Notes: generated from the sequence alone by a model not told the origin. Positions 23,515-35,081 are shown, counted from the first letter of the stretch. The stretch: DNA of 46,677 bases from a virus (IMGVR_UViG_3300025114_000005:1-46677), one strand, 5' to 3'. Made by a program: numbers and translations.

Positions 23515-26211
23515 TTAAGTATCCACCCCTTCTTCTCCCCCTGGTAATAGGACTGGGAGTTCTCCATTTACCATTGCTCCTCCAAGAAATGCAAGAGGAA
23601 GGACTCTTGTTAAAATCATTAATGTTTTCTCATATGATATTGTATTAATATCAGGTTTTCCAGGACCACTCTCAATTTTATCTAGGATTCTCTTCGACTC
23701 TTTTAGAACTTGTTTAAAATTTTGATCCGTAAGTTTTTGAAGACCACCATCTTTTAAGAGACTATCAAGGATTGGCATTCTCCATACCCGTCGTTTACCT
23801 GATTCTCCTAATACTTGTCGAAAACTCTTATTAGAAGCTCTTTCTAAAAGACCCATATATTGATTAAATCCTTCTAATTGTTCTCTTAATTTATTTAACC
23901 CTCCAGTTTGTGCGGGGTCTCCTCTATGTACAATTGCTTTAGAAATAGGTGACGTAGCAGAGCCATCTTTTAATAATTCTGCATAAAATCTACCCATTTC
24001 TAAATTTTTTGTAAGTGGACCAAGTTTACCATGATCATTTACTGAACGCAGTAATTTATATGGTTGATCCACAAAAAAGCTTCCCCCTCTCCAAACTGAA
24101 TTTGGAAGAACACTCGCTTTTGCACCTAACATTGCTGACATTCTCAACATCAAAGGCATACTATCACTACTTAAAGAATTAGTATTAAGAATAAGATTTT
24201 TACCCTTCTTATCCCAAAGCCGCTCTAATCCAAAAAATAAATCCGCCATTTTTGACTGTTCCTTAGATGAAATTTGTTCAAAATTTCTAAAAGACATACT
24301 CATATCTATATAAGTTAATTTATCTGAACCAGAGCCATCTGTTAATATATCTGTTAAATTCTTATGTCTTATTCTATGAACACTATTTCCATTAGCATCT
24401 TTCATCTTCCCAGCCCGTTTTTGTATTTTAGCAGCAAGATGTTCTACTCCAACAGAAGGAGTAACTTCTCCACTTAAATATTCTGGAGACCATACTTCAA
24501 AACCATCATCCGTTTTAACTTTTCTCCATGGAGCAAGCTTAAATTCATATGATTTTTGTCCACTCCCAGGAACTGTACTATCTATCCTCTTCAAATCCAT
24601 CCAAATATACTGACGTTCAGCAGCAGCGCCACCCCTAACTGGTTGATATTCTATTCTTCTTCCTATTGTATCACCTATCGCCATATTAGATGTATCATTA
24701 GTAAATTGTGATGATCCAAAGTAGCTTGGCTGAGCAGCCCTTGCTTCCGCTGAAATAGGTTTTCCACTTATACTTGCAAGCGTAGCTGCGGGCTTATTAC
24801 CCTTAGGAACAAGCTTAACAAGCATAGAAGGCTCACCATCAACACGGCTACCGTTTATAGCACGCCCAGCAGTTTCAGCAGCTTTTTGTTCATTCCATAG
24901 AAAATCTTTATCACTTATTCTTGGAGGAGTAGAAGGCCCTCTCAAAGGTTGCCCTGTTTGTTGCATTGAAAAAGCCTCAAGAGCTGCTTCATCAAGATCA
25001 TCAGCCGTCTGTATTGCCGACCTGCCAACCGATCCTCCACTCCCAGACTCTAGCTGCCTAAGCGTATTATTATATGCTCGACCAGTTGCGCCTAAACTAG
25101 CTCTAGTTTGAGAGCCAAGCCCCCGAATTACATAGTCTGAACTACTATTATAAGTCCCTCCAACAAAACCTATCCTTCGTGCAACTGCTTGATTATCTAA
25201 AAAACCAGCATTTCTTATTAAAGGAGACCATGATTGACCTACATCACGAATATGTTTATTCCAATCAGTCCAAGTATGACCTATATCATGCTGTGAACGG
25301 CTTAAAGAACCTCTTTCTACGATAGCACGACTACCTTGTACCTGTGCTATAGTAGGAGCATTAGGGGGTGCTCCTGCTCGACCAACCGAATCTAAGGAGT
25401 GTCGAGTAATACCACCAGCTTGCTTACCAGTATGTCTATTTACCTGGAACCTCGATAGAACCCCACCCAAAGCATCAGTTTTCATAGTATCTTTATGTCT
25501 AGCAAAATTCTGTGTAAAATGCCTTGATGTTATTGCTTCTGCAGCCTCTTCAGTTGCTTGTGAAGCAGATAACTGTCCTATTTCTCTACGTGCATCATCC
25601 TCAGCCCTAAACATTGCCGTTTTAAAATCTGTAAAATTCTTACTACTTATAATACCATTACCTTTTAAAGTATTCATACTAGTTGTCAACTCTGCCATTT
25701 TATCAACAGGATGAACAGTTGTATCGTAAGCATTAAAGCCTTTGTAACTTCTATAAGCACCAAGCCGCCAACTGTCTTTGATAGCATGCTGTAAATTAAG
25801 TGAATTATCTCTAAATATTTTTGTGACTGCTTGGTCAGATAAAGCATAATTCTGATGGCCACCCATTCTTATTAATGCCTCTGATGAATCTCCACCTGTA
25901 TGACTTGTAAGTCTTGCATTATAATTCCATCGTCCACTATCATCTAAAACAGATACAGCTTTTGTATTTGGATTTATATGAAATCGAGCAGCAATATCAT
26001 CTATCACCGAAGCATTATATACTTCAGTTAATGGTAAAGATAATTCAGTTGCCGTTGAACTACCTACTCGTGATTGTAAAGCATGCTTCCAAGGAGAATT
26101 AGGACCATACGAACTAGACACAAGGCCATGTCTATGAGTAGTTATACGCGAAAAGATTTTCTTCGCTATCTGCTTACTAAGATTTGGTACAAGTGGTGCA
26201 AGATACGGCAT
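23515..26211 (-). CDS. large hypothetical protein, probable ejected virion protein
   Basis: 898 aa, TAATG-coupled behind the giant virion protein, with a C-terminal hydrophobic stretch. Confidence 0.7.
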   Translation of the reverse strand: MPYLAPLVPNLSKQIAKKIFSRITTHRHGLVSSSYGPNSPWKHALQSRVGSSTATELSLPLTEVYNASVIDDIAARFHINPNTKAVSVLDDSGRWNYNARLTSHTGGDSSEALIRMGGHQNYALSDQAVTKIFRDNSLNLQHAIKDSWRLGAYRSYKGFNAYDTTVHPVDKMAELTTSMNTLKGNGIISSKNFTDFKTAMFRAEDDARREIGQLSASQATEEAAEAITSRHFTQNFARHKDTMKTDALGGVLSRFQVNRHTGKQAGGITRHSLDSVGRAGAPPNAPTIAQVQGSRAIVERGSLSRSQHDIGHTWTDWNKHIRDVGQSWSPLIRNAGFLDNQAVARRIGFVGGTYNSSSDYVIRGLGSQTRASLGATGRAYNNTLRQLESGSGGSVGRSAIQTADDLDEAALEAFSMQQTGQPLRGPSTPPRISDKDFLWNEQKAAETAGRAINGSRVDGEPSMLVKLVPKGNKPAATLASISGKPISAEARAAQPSYFGSSQFTNDTSNMAIGDTIGRRIEYQPVRGGAAAERQYIWMDLKRIDSTVPGSGQKSYEFKLAPWRKVKTDDGFEVWSPEYLSGEVTPSVGVEHLAAKIQKRAGKMKDANGNSVHRIRHKNLTDILTDGSGSDKLTYIDMSMSFRNFEQISSKEQSKMADLFFGLERLWDKKGKNLILNTNSLSSDSMPLMLRMSAMLGAKASVLPNSVWRGGSFFVDQPYKLLRSVNDHGKLGPLTKNLEMGRFYAELLKDGSATSPISKAIVHRGDPAQTGGLNKLREQLEGFNQYMGLLERASNKSFRQVLGESGKRRVWRMPILDSLLKDGGLQKLTDQNFKQVLKESKRILDKIESGPGKPDINTISYEKTLMILTRVLPLAFLGGAMVNGELPVLLPGGEEGVDT

Positions 26212-29200
26212 TATCCCACCCTGATTGTTTCATCCTCTTTATATTTAGTAGCCTGCCTAGATAACTGCATATAAGGTAAGCCAGTCATCTTCTCTACTGC
26301 CCTTGATGGGTTCTCCATCATCCCACCAGGGCCTGCTATATCTCTTATAAATCTTCCGAAAGGGAACATAGTATACACATAGTACTCTGAAAGTCTAGAG
26401 TAATCATCTTGAACCATAGCTTTAAACATAGGTGGTAACAGCCTTGCTATAGGAGGTGTGACTATCTGTAACGGTTGAAACGGTCTAGGCCATGCTCCAA
26501 AGAAAGCTCTCTCTCTTTCCTTATCATCAGCTGAAAACATCAATTCAGAAAAATCTTGTATCCAGTTCCATGGTGCGGGGAGAGCATTCTCAAAGATAGA
26601 GTACATAAATACATTACCAAGGCCAAACATCATTAGATCAGCAGTAGCCATACGTTGAAATCTTTTAAAAGCTGGTGTACCCTCTTTCCATCCATGTAAA
26701 TCAGCCTCATTTATAATATCTTTCCTAAATCTTACAGAGTTCCATGCCCAGGTATGGAAACGAGTCATGACTTTACCCAACTGTGACCTTGAGAAAGCAG
26801 GGCGAAAGGGTGCTGAGTACAAGAACTGCGTACCTTTAACTCCTCTCTTAGCAATTTCTATTAGGTAGGGATGATCCAGGTCTTTAATCATAGGACCAAA
26901 CCTCTCTCTTGCCATAAGATAGTGGGCCAAGAAGGCATCTCTACGAAGTGTACGCTCTGGTCTACGCATAAACCATGCAGCCTTGTTGAATATTATATCG
27001 CTGATACCATGCGTCTTAGCTAATCCACGTAGCTTTACATCAGAGAACTCAGGATCACTCCTTATCTTACCCACAGCATCCTTCATAAAACCTTGCCACT
27101 GTTTAGTACGAAGAGCTGGATTAATATTTGCTTCGTAAAGTAAGAACTCCTCAACAACACCATGACTCCTAACCCAAGCTTCCACATCATCCTTTGATTC
27201 CCACTTCGGATTGATATGAGTCTTGAGAAAGTTCATGTCACGTGATCTCTTGAAGTTCCTCCAACCTGTACTTATAAGAGTATGTACAGTACCACCATAC
27301 AGGTTTGCAATTGAACTCTTTGGGTGAGCTAGCAACGTTGCCAGTTCATACTTCGCTTCCAGCTGTCCGAGAGAACGAAGTGTTTCAAAACTTACAGAAT
27401 CAAGAGGGTCTGGAAGATCAGGGTCAGTCTTCTTAAGACCGAGCCACTTCCTTATTCCATCCATTCTCTTAGCCATTCTATCATCAGCCCACCACTTATA
27501 AGCTGTAGCATCAAGCTGCATATTTGGATCATTCAACATATACTCAGGTATCTTAACCGGTGCACCCATTGCTTCGTTAGCATACAGTGACCAATAGTTA
27601 CTCCATGCATTAACAAGTTCGGGCGGCATTCTCCTGTCCTTAGTCCACCTCCTCCTTGCAAGATCAATATTATGACGTGCCATTATCTGAGCCACATTCA
27701 TATGAAAGGAGTCAATGATATTTTTCATGTACAGATCATACACCTCTGGCTGTGTATTCCATCCGGGTACATGCACTTCCCTGGAAAGCATATTACCTAC
27801 TATCCTAGGCTTCTGGAGATCATTTATACGCTCCTGTGCAGCCTTCTTGTTAACGGATATATCATTTAAGATATTATGAACCTTATCCCACTGCTCTCCT
27901 ATATCATTACGTGTGACCCAGTCTCCTGTCACTTGATGATACATCATTGTCAACTTCTTTAGTTGCTTGTCTCTAGCCTCCAGTCCAGCCTCATCCGTAC
28001 CATAAGAAGTATCATTTAATACATTCTTCAACGCAACCTTTAGATTCTCAGCCGCTTTCTTTTTGTCAAATAACATATGAGGCCAGTACTTGTCAAAGTC
28101 TATCTGACCTGTCTTATGCTCTCTCCATTGAAGAGACTTCAGAGCCTTAGCTCTCGTCTCCTGTGTACCAGGAACCTCTAGAACCATAATGCGACTAGCA
28201 ACCCATTTCGTACCGTCTATCCCCAATGACATATCATAAGGCAAGCCCTTCTGCTGTTGTTGGTAAGCCTCTTTAATAAACTTATCTCTAACAGCCTTTA
28301 AAGCAGCATCTGTTCCCTTAACTGCTTCTGTCCTTTCCCATAATTCTTTGAACTCATCAAACTTAGCACCACCACGTAGCCACTCTGATGACTGAACATT
28401 CCATGTCTTATAAGTTTCTTTTATTCTTTCAATTATCTGCCTACCTGAGAGTTGCTCAGAAGTATCACCAATCCTTACAATAAACTTCTGATCTCTAAGC
28501 TTACCATACTCAAAGTTAGCCTTCCTCTCATTGGCTATGTATCCCTGCGCATAGTGGCCATAGATAGCTCCGGTACCATGCTTTGGTAACAGCTCCTTGG
28601 TTGCATAAGCTTTATCCATTTCTGTAACAGCTAGCTCATGTAATCCCACACCCTCTTCTAATGCATAAACATAAGGTCTTAGATCATTAAACAACTTTCC
28701 TTTAAACTCCTCATGCTTACCCACACTATACTGCTGAGCCCCATGGAATATCTGCTGTAATTCTTCCCCAACATTGGTCGGTCTGTATATTACTCCAGAT
28801 ACAACGTTACCATGTTGGTCTTTGTATACTCCCCTATCTTTAACAAGCTGTATCTCAGCCCTCATCAAATCTCTGTTAACAGCCCGAGGAAACATATAGT
28901 AATGTCTCTTTCCCAGCTTCACAAACTGATCGTCTGATATTTCAGCAAACATTTTCTGATACCAAGTACCACCACGAACCTGTGTAAACCATCTGTCCAA
29001 CATCTTAAAATCTTCAAGGGTCATGTTGTTCAATTCTTTACCAAGTATCCCACGAACAAGACCATTCAATTCGCGACCAGTTTTAGCTGGGAAATAGTGC
29101 ATAATATGATTTGTCAAACTTGTTACAACTTCTGCAGCCTTATGGTCTAGCTTACCTTCATGTAATCCTTCAAATGGTGCCGCTCTATCCATATACTTTT

Positions 29201-32200
29201 GGGTCTCTAGATCATAATCAGATTGTTCAAGAGGAGTACCCTTTACTATGTTACCCATGTCATCCACAAACCTAACAGGCTGGTTAGGTGCATCCTCAAG
29301 CTCTTTCAACACTCTTGCCTGATCCTTCTCAGGCACAGCTTTGATATTCCTATCAAACAGTGCGCTGTACTCCTTGGTATATCTACTAATGCTCTTATCA
29401 GATACTGCCTTAGATTTAAACCCAATACGTGAGAGACTTGTACCTGATGAAGCTATCTTCATACGATGAGCAATGTCAGCCATCTCCTTGGTAACATATT
29501 TCTTTTTCTTAAGCCAGCCATCTATCTTATCAACAAACCCACGATTCACACTCCCAAGCATAAACTGATCGAACAATTCTCTTTCCGCATCAGAGACTAG
29601 CCCGTCCTTATATGATGCTATCCTTATATCAATCCTTGCTTGGTCAAGTGCAGCTGACTTGTTCTCTGGAAAGACATCCTTCAACAAGGCTTCCATCCAT
29701 TTATACTGTTCCTCAGTAAGATTATCATAAATCTCTCTTGGATTAATCTTCTGTTTCATAGCCAGGTAACTGCTAAGCTTTATATTATTAGCAACCTCAT
29801 GCATACTCCGCACCCTTGATCCACCTATGTCTGGCGTTGGTGCTTCTTCCATAACTTGCTTAGATAACTCAGAGATAATCTTAATACTGGCTACGTCACT
29901 CATATCATTAACAATATAATCCTCAGCCTTACGTACCATATCCAAGAGATACCTCTTCCTCTTCAATCGGTCAGAAGGATCAAATCCCTTACGTTTTGAA
30001 TAAGCAGGAAAATGCTCAAATAAATCTTCCTTGTATTCTGAATGCCCTGGCGTTGTTTGAGCCTCCATACCCGGACGTGTAAAAAGTTTATACTTCCAGA
30101 CTGTATTGATATAATCACCTCTCCCCTCAGGTGAGCCACGCATCACCTTAAAACTTGACCTCCCAAGAATATTTTTTAACCAATCAAGTTTACTAACCTT
30201 TGCATTATGAGAGTCATACATCCTTGTTAATTCTGGGTAGTTCACTCTCTGGAATATACCATCGCTCCAATCTACTCCAGCTAAGACATCAGCGACCTTA
30301 GGAAGTAAAGTATTCCTTGAGTCAGGACTAATACCTGGCTTCCAAAGACCATCTGGGTCTAAGTACTGTTCATTAGTTGTACGCTCGATCTTATCCATGA
30401 TCTCTCCCATAGTCCAGCGTCTTCCCTCTCCTATATTCCTACCATAAAGAGCAGTATTCACACCACTGAATACACTGGTTAATCCCTGACGCCTAAGCCA
30501 TCGAGCAGCATTAGTACCTATTACCCTTGTTCTATCCCCATTTATTTGACGAGTATGAAACTCATCTGCTACCCACTTACCAGCCTTATACCTCATTACC
30601 TCCCATTCAAACAGGTTCTCAGATAACCTGTCAAAGATAACTTCTCTCCCCTTAAGCCCTGCCTCATCCATAGGATCAGATGCAAGAGCTACAGACGCTC
30701 TAGCCATCTTCCTAAACCTATCCATATCCTTATCTGATGACTTAGCCTTCATAAATACTATCCAACTACCATCCTTGAAGTTTGCTTCATAAGCATATGT
30801 CTCTGCCGGTACTGTAATCCTCTTAAGCTTACCCTCGTCATTAGTCCACTTTAACTGTCTTTCTGGTAATGATCTAAGAGCTGCATGTGAACCAGACATG
30901 ACTGCTCTATTTACAACAGCAGACCCAAGGAGTCCACGACCAGAAGAAGCAGCATCAGAAGCTACCTTCCTCCTCCACGGACTAAAAGTTAAAGCAGGAT
31001 TATTAATCTTTCTTAGAACGTCCTTGTCAGTTTCTGAAAGTAGCTCACTGTATGACTTACCCGTTACCTCATCAATAGCCAACTTATTATGGTATACTTT
31101 CTTAGCTTTTGTATCATGGAACTCCTCTCTCTGTCCGTGATACATATCTTTCCATGATGCTTTAAACCCATTGGCATCATCACCGAAGAATCCGAAAGAT
31201 TTATCACCATCAAGGTCTGCTCCACCTAATGCTTCCATTGTCCTACTGTGCAACAAAATACCAAGACCCTTAACTCCAGTAAACCCACGGAAGTGTAGGA
31301 CATGAGCTCCTGACATAGAATCCATCGGAACACGTGCCAGCACACCCCTGAAAATTTCTTCTATCTGAGGAATATTAGCCTTCTCAACATTGCCGGTACT
31401 GTACAAATCCCATAGCTCACCTAGAGTTGTTCTCTGTCCTTTCTTACCAAATAAATCTGTACGGATAGTCAGCTCTCTGTATCCCTCGTCCAGCATAAAT
31501 ATTTCATCCGGCTTCACCTTGTTGGCTTTCATCCACTTATCCTGACGATTAAACTGTGGAAATAACTTCTGTAATCCAATCTCATAAGGTCTCATTCTTC
31601 CTGTAAAGCTATTGTTTACCTTAGGCCTGGTAACTGTATGTACAATATAATTACGAAGAGCTGCCATGCGATAATCATTAGTAAACTTATGAAGATGACC
31701 AGCCAGTGATTTATCCATAAACCTAATAAGCCTATCGTGGATAGCCTTATATTCTGCTGATTCAAATCTATTCTCTGATGATTCCTTCTCTGTTACTTCC
31801 CCTTCAGCAAATAACTCATTCATTATGGTATCATTTACACCCATTATCTTGGAATAAGCCCTATTAGCAAAGACCGGTGATGACTTGATAGCTCTTAACA
31901 TCGGATCAATACCAATATCTTCTAGATTATTGACAAGATTATCTATCAATTCTACCTGAGTAGGGTTAATAATAAACTTTTCAGCCACAGCATTCATATC
32001 TTCATCACCCTCAAACCTTCTCCTGGAGAGAGTATCAAAGACATCATCTATTACAGCCTTATCTACAGGTGAGTATGCATACGGAGTCAAGTTAGATTGC
32101 ATCTGTTTTGGAACATTCACGGGATCAAGCATATGACGATCAGTTTTCTCTGTCATGACTGTTTTAATATCAGATATTGGAAGCTTAAAGATATAGTTAC

Positions 32201-35081
32201 CAACTTTATCTTCTCCAATTATTCTCCCCAGCTTGTTCCCAGCCATGTTATAAAGTCTAGGTTGACCATCCTTCCACTCCACCTTATTCCAATTTCTCGC
32301 ACCTGCCTGCTTAGCACTTGATTGATTGATCAACATATGCACATTATGTGCCTTCATCCACTTTTGAACTGGATCAGATGCTAGGTGCATACCGTATTTG
32401 CCCAATAGAGCCCCGTAATCGGCGTTCTTAGACACTATAAAGCTTTTGTTGAACTTCCCCTCGCCTGGAAGCCCAGCCTCCGAATTAATGGCATCTACGA
32501 CCTCTTCCGTAACCAAGATACCCCCATCTTCATGGGCTAACATAGATGTGGACTTTGCATTTAGCCCTAATTTATTTCTACCCTTACTATCCACTCCCTG
32601 GTCAAAAAATGTCTCTGCATCTTTCAGCAGGAGAAAGTTCAATTCACCATTCTTAGCCCCTGGTACGCGTTCCTGAACATAATCGGGGTCAGCAGAGAGA
32701 CCTGTGGTAAACCATATCTGTGCTCTCTTGTTAAATGCCTTAGCTGAAGTTACGAACCCTTTTCCCAGGATTTTCTGCATGTTTTCTTTCGTTATCTCTG
32801 GTGAAAAGCCATTGAGTTCAAGAGTATACATAAGGTTTGATATGTATGCCTTATCATACATTGTTTTTGCCTGATCCTCTGGCACTCCACCAGCTTTTAA
32901 AAATTGAACGAAATCTTTCCGATCTGCTTCTATATCTGCCCACCTATAATCCTTAGCCCCCTTAGGCATAGCACTGCGTATGAGATTAAATGTAGAAGGA
33001 GATGGAAATGTAGCAACCTGATCTATATCTGGATGATATTGAGTAAAATACTGTCTCTCTGCATCACCTTTCCCACCATAATAATAGTAACCCCTCTTAT
33101 CCAGCTCTGAAAAGTTATGTGCATTCATCTCTGCCCACCTTTTCTCAGCAAGGGCCTGCGACTCTTGGTACCAGGTGGGATCAGAAGCATTCTTTCTAAA
33201 TACATTTGACATATAACGCTGAAGACTATCTCTGTACTGCTCTATGGCAAACTCCTGATAATACCCTTGGAACTCATTGGATACTATATGATCTACAATA
33301 ACATATGCAGGGGTCTCTGCTGTCAGTCCTTTACGTGCTAAAGCCATCTCATAGACAACATCAATTGCCTTCGGCTCTTCTACTAACCGCTTCCTTGTTC
33401 CTGCATCATTAACACCCGATCCAGACTCATCAAAAACTGTCAGTGGCCTAGAGTATACCTCTCGCTCTTTTACTCCTGGCGGGCTATTAACAGTAGTAGT
33501 CCAGATAGGCACAGTCTTTCCTTGGAGACGCTGCTTACCCCATCCCCTAAAGAATTGCGTATCTTCTGGCTCCCACTGTACCTTGTAATTCTTAGCAACC
33601 CACTTCTTCATATCCTCTTCAGGATTTCTTGTGCCTGCAGCTCTGTGTTTCTTTACTACCTCTGTCCATTTATCATCTACATCTATGTAAGCTCGTATCT
33701 GTTTCTCTCTCTGTTTATCAATATTAAGGTCTTCCCATACAGTATTAAGTCTTCTATCAACATACGACTGTGCCTTTAGGGATAAGGTAGGCCTTGATAT
33801 AGAAGTAAGATCGTTATCATCAAACATCTTATTTATATTACCTTCTGCAATAGAACTGGTATCTTGCTTCTCAAGAAAGATTCTATATACTAAGTCCTTA
33901 TCAGCCTGCTCTGTAATAGGAATACGTGGCTCACCAAACTCATCATATTCAATTATCCTACTCCTAAGATAATCCCTGGACATCTGTTCAGCTTCTTCTA
34001 TGTTCACATCAAATCCTCTAGCTCTAAGCTCCATAAGAACAGCATGCGTTATATCCTGACGCTTATCTAAGAATGGTTTTGCCTCTTCCTTAACAATACC
34101 TTGTGTCTTTGGATCGAGTGCCTCCCAACCTGGTACTTCTTCCGGCTCTGGGATACCTCCCTCCTGTTTCATCATCTTATTTAAGAACTTATTAGCAGAC
34201 CTTCGTTGATGAGGCATCTCCTTAACACCGAAGTAAGCTCCAAGTAAATACTCATAGACTTGCTCTGGAGTAGTATCACCACGCAAAGTAGATGGAATAC
34301 CCATGAATAATGAAGCTGAGAGTCCTCTTAAAATCTTATCTGCTCCTGGCTGACCTGTCTGTACAACATTACCTATACCTCTAAAGAGAGCTCCTGTCTT
34401 AGCTCCACCAATAAAGCTTCTCATCATCTCATCTACGCCACCCTGCCATGAACCTACCGCAGAAGCGACACCAAGATGGAATGAGCCTTCAATAATATCT
34501 CTTGCCAATCTTCCGCTTAAAAACCCAATAGCATCCTTACTTGCTGCAGCCCGAGCACCTACTGCTGATACAAGAACCTTGTCCATGCTCTTCATAACTG
34601 GGTCAGTAACAGCCTTTGCTGCTATCATTGGTATACTCCTACCCTTTACAGCATGTGCAGCTTTAGCAAGACGTTGCATCCTCATAAGCTGGAATGGTTT
34701 AGCAGGCACCCAACCAACAAAGCCGGCAAGGTGACCTACATTCTTAGCTATAGCTTCCCAGGAATTACGTGGAGGAGCTTCATCACCTAACTTTAAGGTA
34801 GTAAATCCCTCAAAGAACCCAGTACCAAGACTACTTAGAATCCCACCTATAGCACTCCTATTATCATCGGATGTTTTAGCAAAGGGAACACGATAGAACG
34901 AGGCATGATCCTCCATCATCTTGATGAAGTCATTATTAAACAGCTCAGGCCTTATGCCATAAGCTTTAATATAGTCTTTGACTTGGTCTCTCGTTAGAGA
35001 GGGTTCAAACTGAGACTGAGCCTCTTGAGGCTGAGCTTCCTCTGGGCCAGGTTGGTCACCTTCTGTATATAATAGGGCCAC
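26211..35081 (-). CDS. giant virion protein containing a two-barrel (DxDGD) DNA-dependent RNA polymerase
   Basis: LGGADLDGDK (31203-31217 encodes DLDGD), preceded about 35 aa upstream by ARVP. HEDGG, GKYG and SSAK lie further upstream. Located in the ejection-protein cluster. Confidence 0.8.
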   Translation of the reverse strand: MALLYTEGDQPGPEEAQPQEAQSQFEPSLTRDQVKDYIKAYGIRPELFNNDFIKMMEDHASFYRVPFAKTSDDNRSAIGGILSSLGTGFFEGFTTLKLGDEAPPRNSWEAIAKNVGHLAGFVGWVPAKPFQLMRMQRLAKAAHAVKGRSIPMIAAKAVTDPVMKSMDKVLVSAVGARAAASKDAIGFLSGRLARDIIEGSFHLGVASAVGSWQGGVDEMMRSFIGGAKTGALFRGIGNVVQTGQPGADKILRGLSASLFMGIPSTLRGDTTPEQVYEYLLGAYFGVKEMPHQRRSANKFLNKMMKQEGGIPEPEEVPGWEALDPKTQGIVKEEAKPFLDKRQDITHAVLMELRARGFDVNIEEAEQMSRDYLRSRIIEYDEFGEPRIPITEQADKDLVYRIFLEKQDTSSIAEGNINKMFDDNDLTSISRPTLSLKAQSYVDRRLNTVWEDLNIDKQREKQIRAYIDVDDKWTEVVKKHRAAGTRNPEEDMKKWVAKNYKVQWEPEDTQFFRGWGKQRLQGKTVPIWTTTVNSPPGVKEREVYSRPLTVFDESGSGVNDAGTRKRLVEEPKAIDVVYEMALARKGLTAETPAYVIVDHIVSNEFQGYYQEFAIEQYRDSLQRYMSNVFRKNASDPTWYQESQALAEKRWAEMNAHNFSELDKRGYYYYGGKGDAERQYFTQYHPDIDQVATFPSPSTFNLIRSAMPKGAKDYRWADIEADRKDFVQFLKAGGVPEDQAKTMYDKAYISNLMYTLELNGFSPEITKENMQKILGKGFVTSAKAFNKRAQIWFTTGLSADPDYVQERVPGAKNGELNFLLLKDAETFFDQGVDSKGRNKLGLNAKSTSMLAHEDGGILVTEEVVDAINSEAGLPGEGKFNKSFIVSKNADYGALLGKYGMHLASDPVQKWMKAHNVHMLINQSSAKQAGARNWNKVEWKDGQPRLYNMAGNKLGRIIGEDKVGNYIFKLPISDIKTVMTEKTDRHMLDPVNVPKQMQSNLTPYAYSPVDKAVIDDVFDTLSRRRFEGDEDMNAVAEKFIINPTQVELIDNLVNNLEDIGIDPMLRAIKSSPVFANRAYSKIMGVNDTIMNELFAEGEVTEKESSENRFESAEYKAIHDRLIRFMDKSLAGHLHKFTNDYRMAALRNYIVHTVTRPKVNNSFTGRMRPYEIGLQKLFPQFNRQDKWMKANKVKPDEIFMLDEGYRELTIRTDLFGKKGQRTTLGELWDLYSTGNVEKANIPQIEEIFRGVLARVPMDSMSGAHVLHFRGFTGVKGLGILLHSRTMEALGGADLDGDKSFGFFGDDANGFKASWKDMYHGQREEFHDTKAKKVYHNKLAIDEVTGKSYSELLSETDKDVLRKINNPALTFSPWRRKVASDAASSGRGLLGSAVVNRAVMSGSHAALRSLPERQLKWTNDEGKLKRITVPAETYAYEANFKDGSWIVFMKAKSSDKDMDRFRKMARASVALASDPMDEAGLKGREVIFDRLSENLFEWEVMRYKAGKWVADEFHTRQINGDRTRVIGTNAARWLRRQGLTSVFSGVNTALYGRNIGEGRRWTMGEIMDKIERTTNEQYLDPDGLWKPGISPDSRNTLLPKVADVLAGVDWSDGIFQRVNYPELTRMYDSHNAKVSKLDWLKNILGRSSFKVMRGSPEGRGDYINTVWKYKLFTRPGMEAQTTPGHSEYKEDLFEHFPAYSKRKGFDPSDRLKRKRYLLDMVRKAEDYIVNDMSDVASIKIISELSKQVMEEAPTPDIGGSRVRSMHEVANNIKLSSYLAMKQKINPREIYDNLTEEQYKWMEALLKDVFPENKSAALDQARIDIRIASYKDGLVSDAERELFDQFMLGSVNRGFVDKIDGWLKKKKYVTKEMADIAHRMKIASSGTSLSRIGFKSKAVSDKSISRYTKEYSALFDRNIKAVPEKDQARVLKELEDAPNQPVRFVDDMGNIVKGTPLEQSDYDLETQKYMDRAAPFEGLHEGKLDHKAAEVVTSLTNHIMHYFPAKTGRELNGLVRGILGKELNNMTLEDFKMLDRWFTQVRGGTWYQKMFAEISDDQFVKLGKRHYYMFPRAVNRDLMRAEIQLVKDRGVYKDQHGNVVSGVIYRPTNVGEELQQIFHGAQQYSVGKHEEFKGKLFNDLRPYVYALEEGVGLHELAVTEMDKAYATKELLPKHGTGAIYGHYAQGYIANERKANFEYGKLRDQKFIVRIGDTSEQLSGRQIIERIKETYKTWNVQSSEWLRGGAKFDEFKELWERTEAVKGTDAALKAVRDKFIKEAYQQQQKGLPYDMSLGIDGTKWVASRIMVLEVPGTQETRAKALKSLQWREHKTGQIDFDKYWPHMLFDKKKAAENLKVALKNVLNDTSYGTDEAGLEARDKQLKKLTMMYHQVTGDWVTRNDIGEQWDKVHNILNDISVNKKAAQERINDLQKPRIVGNMLSREVHVPGWNTQPEVYDLYMKNIIDSFHMNVAQIMARHNIDLARRRWTKDRRMPPELVNAWSNYWSLYANEAMGAPVKIPEYMLNDPNMQLDATAYKWWADDRMAKRMDGIRKWLGLKKTDPDLPDPLDSVSFETLRSLGQLEAKYELATLLAHPKSSIANLYGGTVHTLISTGWRNFKRSRDMNFLKTHINPKWESKDDVEAWVRSHGVVEEFLLYEANINPALRTKQWQGFMKDAVGKIRSDPEFSDVKLRGLAKTHGISDIIFNKAAWFMRRPERTLRRDAFLAHYLMARERFGPMIKDLDHPYLIEIAKRGVKGTQFLYSAPFRPAFSRSQLGKVMTRFHTWAWNSVRFRKDIINEADLHGWKEGTPAFKRFQRMATADLMMFGLGNVFMYSIFENALPAPWNWIQDFSELMFSADDKERERAFFGAWPRPFQPLQIVTPPIARLLPPMFKAMVQDDYSRLSEYYVYTMFPFGRFIRDIAGPGGMMENPSRAVEKMTGLPYMQLSRQATKYKEDETIRVG

